Shown: piece by piece, positions 19,911 to 21,876 of the stretch
Numbering within the stretch: position 1 is the stretch's first letter
How the letters are laid out: every line of letters starts with the position of its first letter
NCBI RefSeq assembly: GCF_006345805.1
Contig: NW_021836999.1
Location: 1 to 21,876, forward strand
Source: Octopus sinensis
Taxonomy: Eukaryota
Length of the DNA: 21,876 bases
Direction: 5' to 3'
Program-made: the position numbers and the translations under genes
Notes under the pieces: model-generated
Database searches by the model: none
The model's input: only the letters and a program-made list of their open reading frames with translations
Told to the model about the DNA's origin: nothing

Positions 19911-19975
19911 TTTCTTTATTAGCCACACAGGGCTGCACACAGACAGGACAAATTACAAGGTAGAGCTTTTCTTTT
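19911..19975 (-). mobile_element. 3' tail of a retroelement sharing its terminus with SINE family B
   Basis: rc ttgtcctgtctgtgtgcagccctgtgtggctaataaagaaa matches the SINE-B tail (2528-2568) at 33 of 41 positions, while the upstream sequence differs. Confidence 0.65.
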
Positions 19976-20474
19976 GGGGGTAAAAAAAAGGGATAGATAG
20001 ATAGACATACACACTCAAATACAACCACATACATACATGCATGCATACATACATACATGCATACATACGTCTGCGTAAGCTTTGATTTTTACAAAAAGAA
20101 ATCAACCAACTGATTCGCTCATCACAAATACAATCTATAAGTGGAACAGTAAAACTCTGCGAGACTTTTCTCAAGTTTAAAATGTGACATTGTTTTCGTT
20201 ATCTACATTCCAAAGATGGAGCTTTGTTATCTTAGTTAGAAACCTGTTCCTTCTTCTTCAGAAGAATTTAACTGCTTAAATATAGAAGAGACACATACGT
20301 ACGTACATACATACCAATATGTATAGTAATAGGCGAGTGCGATCCAGGGACCCAAGTGTAGAAAGTTTGTAAGCTTCGCACATTTTTGCAACTGGTACAG
20401 ATGACCATAGGTGGGCTTGTTTGGTGACCGTCACCTTATCGAAAATCAATTTGATTTCAATATTTATATGTATA

Positions 20475-20867
20475 CTAGCAGTATCGCCCGGCGTTGCTCG
20501 GGTTTGTAAGGGAAATAACTATATAAGCATTTTTACAGAGTTATAGCCAAAACATAGCAAAAAAATGCATTAAAATGGAAAAAAATTGATGGTAAATTTT
20601 TTTTAAATCGTTGACTCATCGTAGACATTTTTAGAGAGTTACTCCCTTATATAATAGCGAAAAAAATGCATTAAAATGGAAAAAAATGATGGTAATTTTT
20701 TTTTTTAATCGTAGACTCATCGTAGACGCGCGCTAATACCCAGAAGGGCTCGATATGAATCACGACTATAAGATACCCGGTTTTGGTTAAACTGCACCGC
20801 AAAATGTGGGAGTAGTTAGGAATCTAAATCGTAGGAGACAGACACACAACCTTACTTTTATATATAT
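20475..20867 (-). mobile_element. Non-autonomous Helitron, copy 2
   Basis: Reverse complement aligns to 8468-8871 end to end. CTAG at 20475-20478 with the same hairpin; the 5' TC is not preserved. Confidence 0.82.
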
Positions 20868-20883
20868 GTATATGTAATATTCT

Positions 20884-20975
20884 TTTCTGCTCTAGGCATA
20901 AGGCCCGAAATTTTCGGGGAGTGGGCCAGTCGATTAGATCGACACCAGTACGTAACTGGTACATAATTTATCGAT
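20884..20975 (-). mobile_element. SINE family B variant, 3' fragment
   Basis: ggcccgaaattttcggggagtgggccagtcgattagatcgacaccagtacgtaactggtacataatttatcga. Confidence 0.7.
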
Positions 20976-21248
20976 ATTTTATGTATATGATATTGAATAC
21001 ATGTGTATATTCTTCCCTCAAACATATACACTCTTACTTATCGATGTAGATAAGGATACGTATACATATCAGTATAAGTCTGTTGTTTTCTTACAACATG
21101 GCCAGATGTCACGACTATTGTCTCTTCAGAGAAAGCTAAGGAGACTGAAGATATCACGAACCGTTAAGTTTACAGGTCGTGATAAGGAAAAACGAAATAA
21201 CGTAGTTTATATAATTACAATACTGGTGTTGTGATGATGAATGATCAC

Positions 21249-21273
21249 GATGATGATGATGATGATGATGATG

Positions 21274-21300
<27 letters not shown>
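21249..21300. repeat. Perfect 52-bp palindrome formed by (GAT)n switching to (CAT)n
   Basis: 21249-21274 is the exact reverse complement of 21275-21300. Confidence 0.95.
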
Positions 21301-21311
<11 letters not shown>

Positions 21312-21409
21312 GAAGAAGAAGAAGAGGGGTGACCTGTTAGTTCCCTCTGTCGCCATCACTCGACGTTTTTACATAAACGAAGCAATTCCTACCCTCCATT
21401 CATGAAAAG

Positions 21410-21446
<37 letters not shown>

Positions 21447-21575
21447 CACTACTACTACCACTACTACTACCACTACTACTACAACTACCACCACCACAAC
21501 CATCACTACTACTACTGCAACTACTACAACTACTACTACCACCACCAGTACTACTACTACTACTACCACCACCAG

Positions 21576-21640
<65 letters not shown>

Positions 21641-21760
21641 ATACCACCACCACCACCACTACTACTACTACCACCACCACCACTACTACTGCTACCACCA
21701 CCACTACTACTACTACCACAAGTACTTCTACTACTACTACTAATAATAATAATAATGCTA
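21410..21760. repeat. Long (ACT/ACC)n tract
   Basis: Read directly from the sequence. Confidence 0.95.
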
Positions 21761-21876
21761 TAGCACTTTCTACCACAGCTGCTATTGCTGTTGCCGTTTG
21801 CTATTTCCGCCACCCTTTTCGTTCTTAGCCACCACCTGCATGAGGGGTAAGGACGATTGGGTGTGTCGAGGCAACA

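Noticed and set aside
21128-21180. Possible second exon (tctcttcag|AGAAAG...TTTACAG|gtcgtg)
   Set aside because: Weak donor, and splicing in phase 1 to exon 1 gives a stop after 12 codons.
11515-21760. Long-range complementarity of (AGT/GGT)n at 11515-11938 with (ACT/ACC)n at 21410-21760
   Set aside because: Expected by chance given how common this repeat class is, and the first tract is probably upstream of the TSS.

Overview
This is repeat-saturated, AT-rich animal genomic DNA. The SINE families resemble those I recall from Octopus/coleoid cephalopod genomes; the taxon is inferred, not verified. Nearly all ORFs in the track are microsatellite or SINE translations. The only credible host coding sequence is a probable first coding exon on + (14211-14472, 87 codons, strong GTAAGA donor, unidentified Cys/Gly-rich N-terminus). 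It lies inside a ~4 kb transposon-free, promoter/5'-leader-like island (about 11.3-15.1 kb), and the rest of the window is probably its first intron. Mobile DNA includes at least three tRNA-derived SINE families, two inverted copies of a non-autonomous Helitron, a decayed Tc1/mariner transposase with DD41D spacing, an RTE LINE 3' end, a REL-endonuclease LINE fragment, a hAT-like MITE and a long-TIR GG...CC MITE. The most notable structure concerns SINE family B. It forms head-to-tail multimers with a fixed 184-bp period at several loci, has a 197-bp perfectly identical inverted copy joined through a templated insertion, and has a nested self-insertion with a 13-bp TSD. I found no CRISPR array, rRNA, bona fide tRNA or clearly novel multi-gene system.
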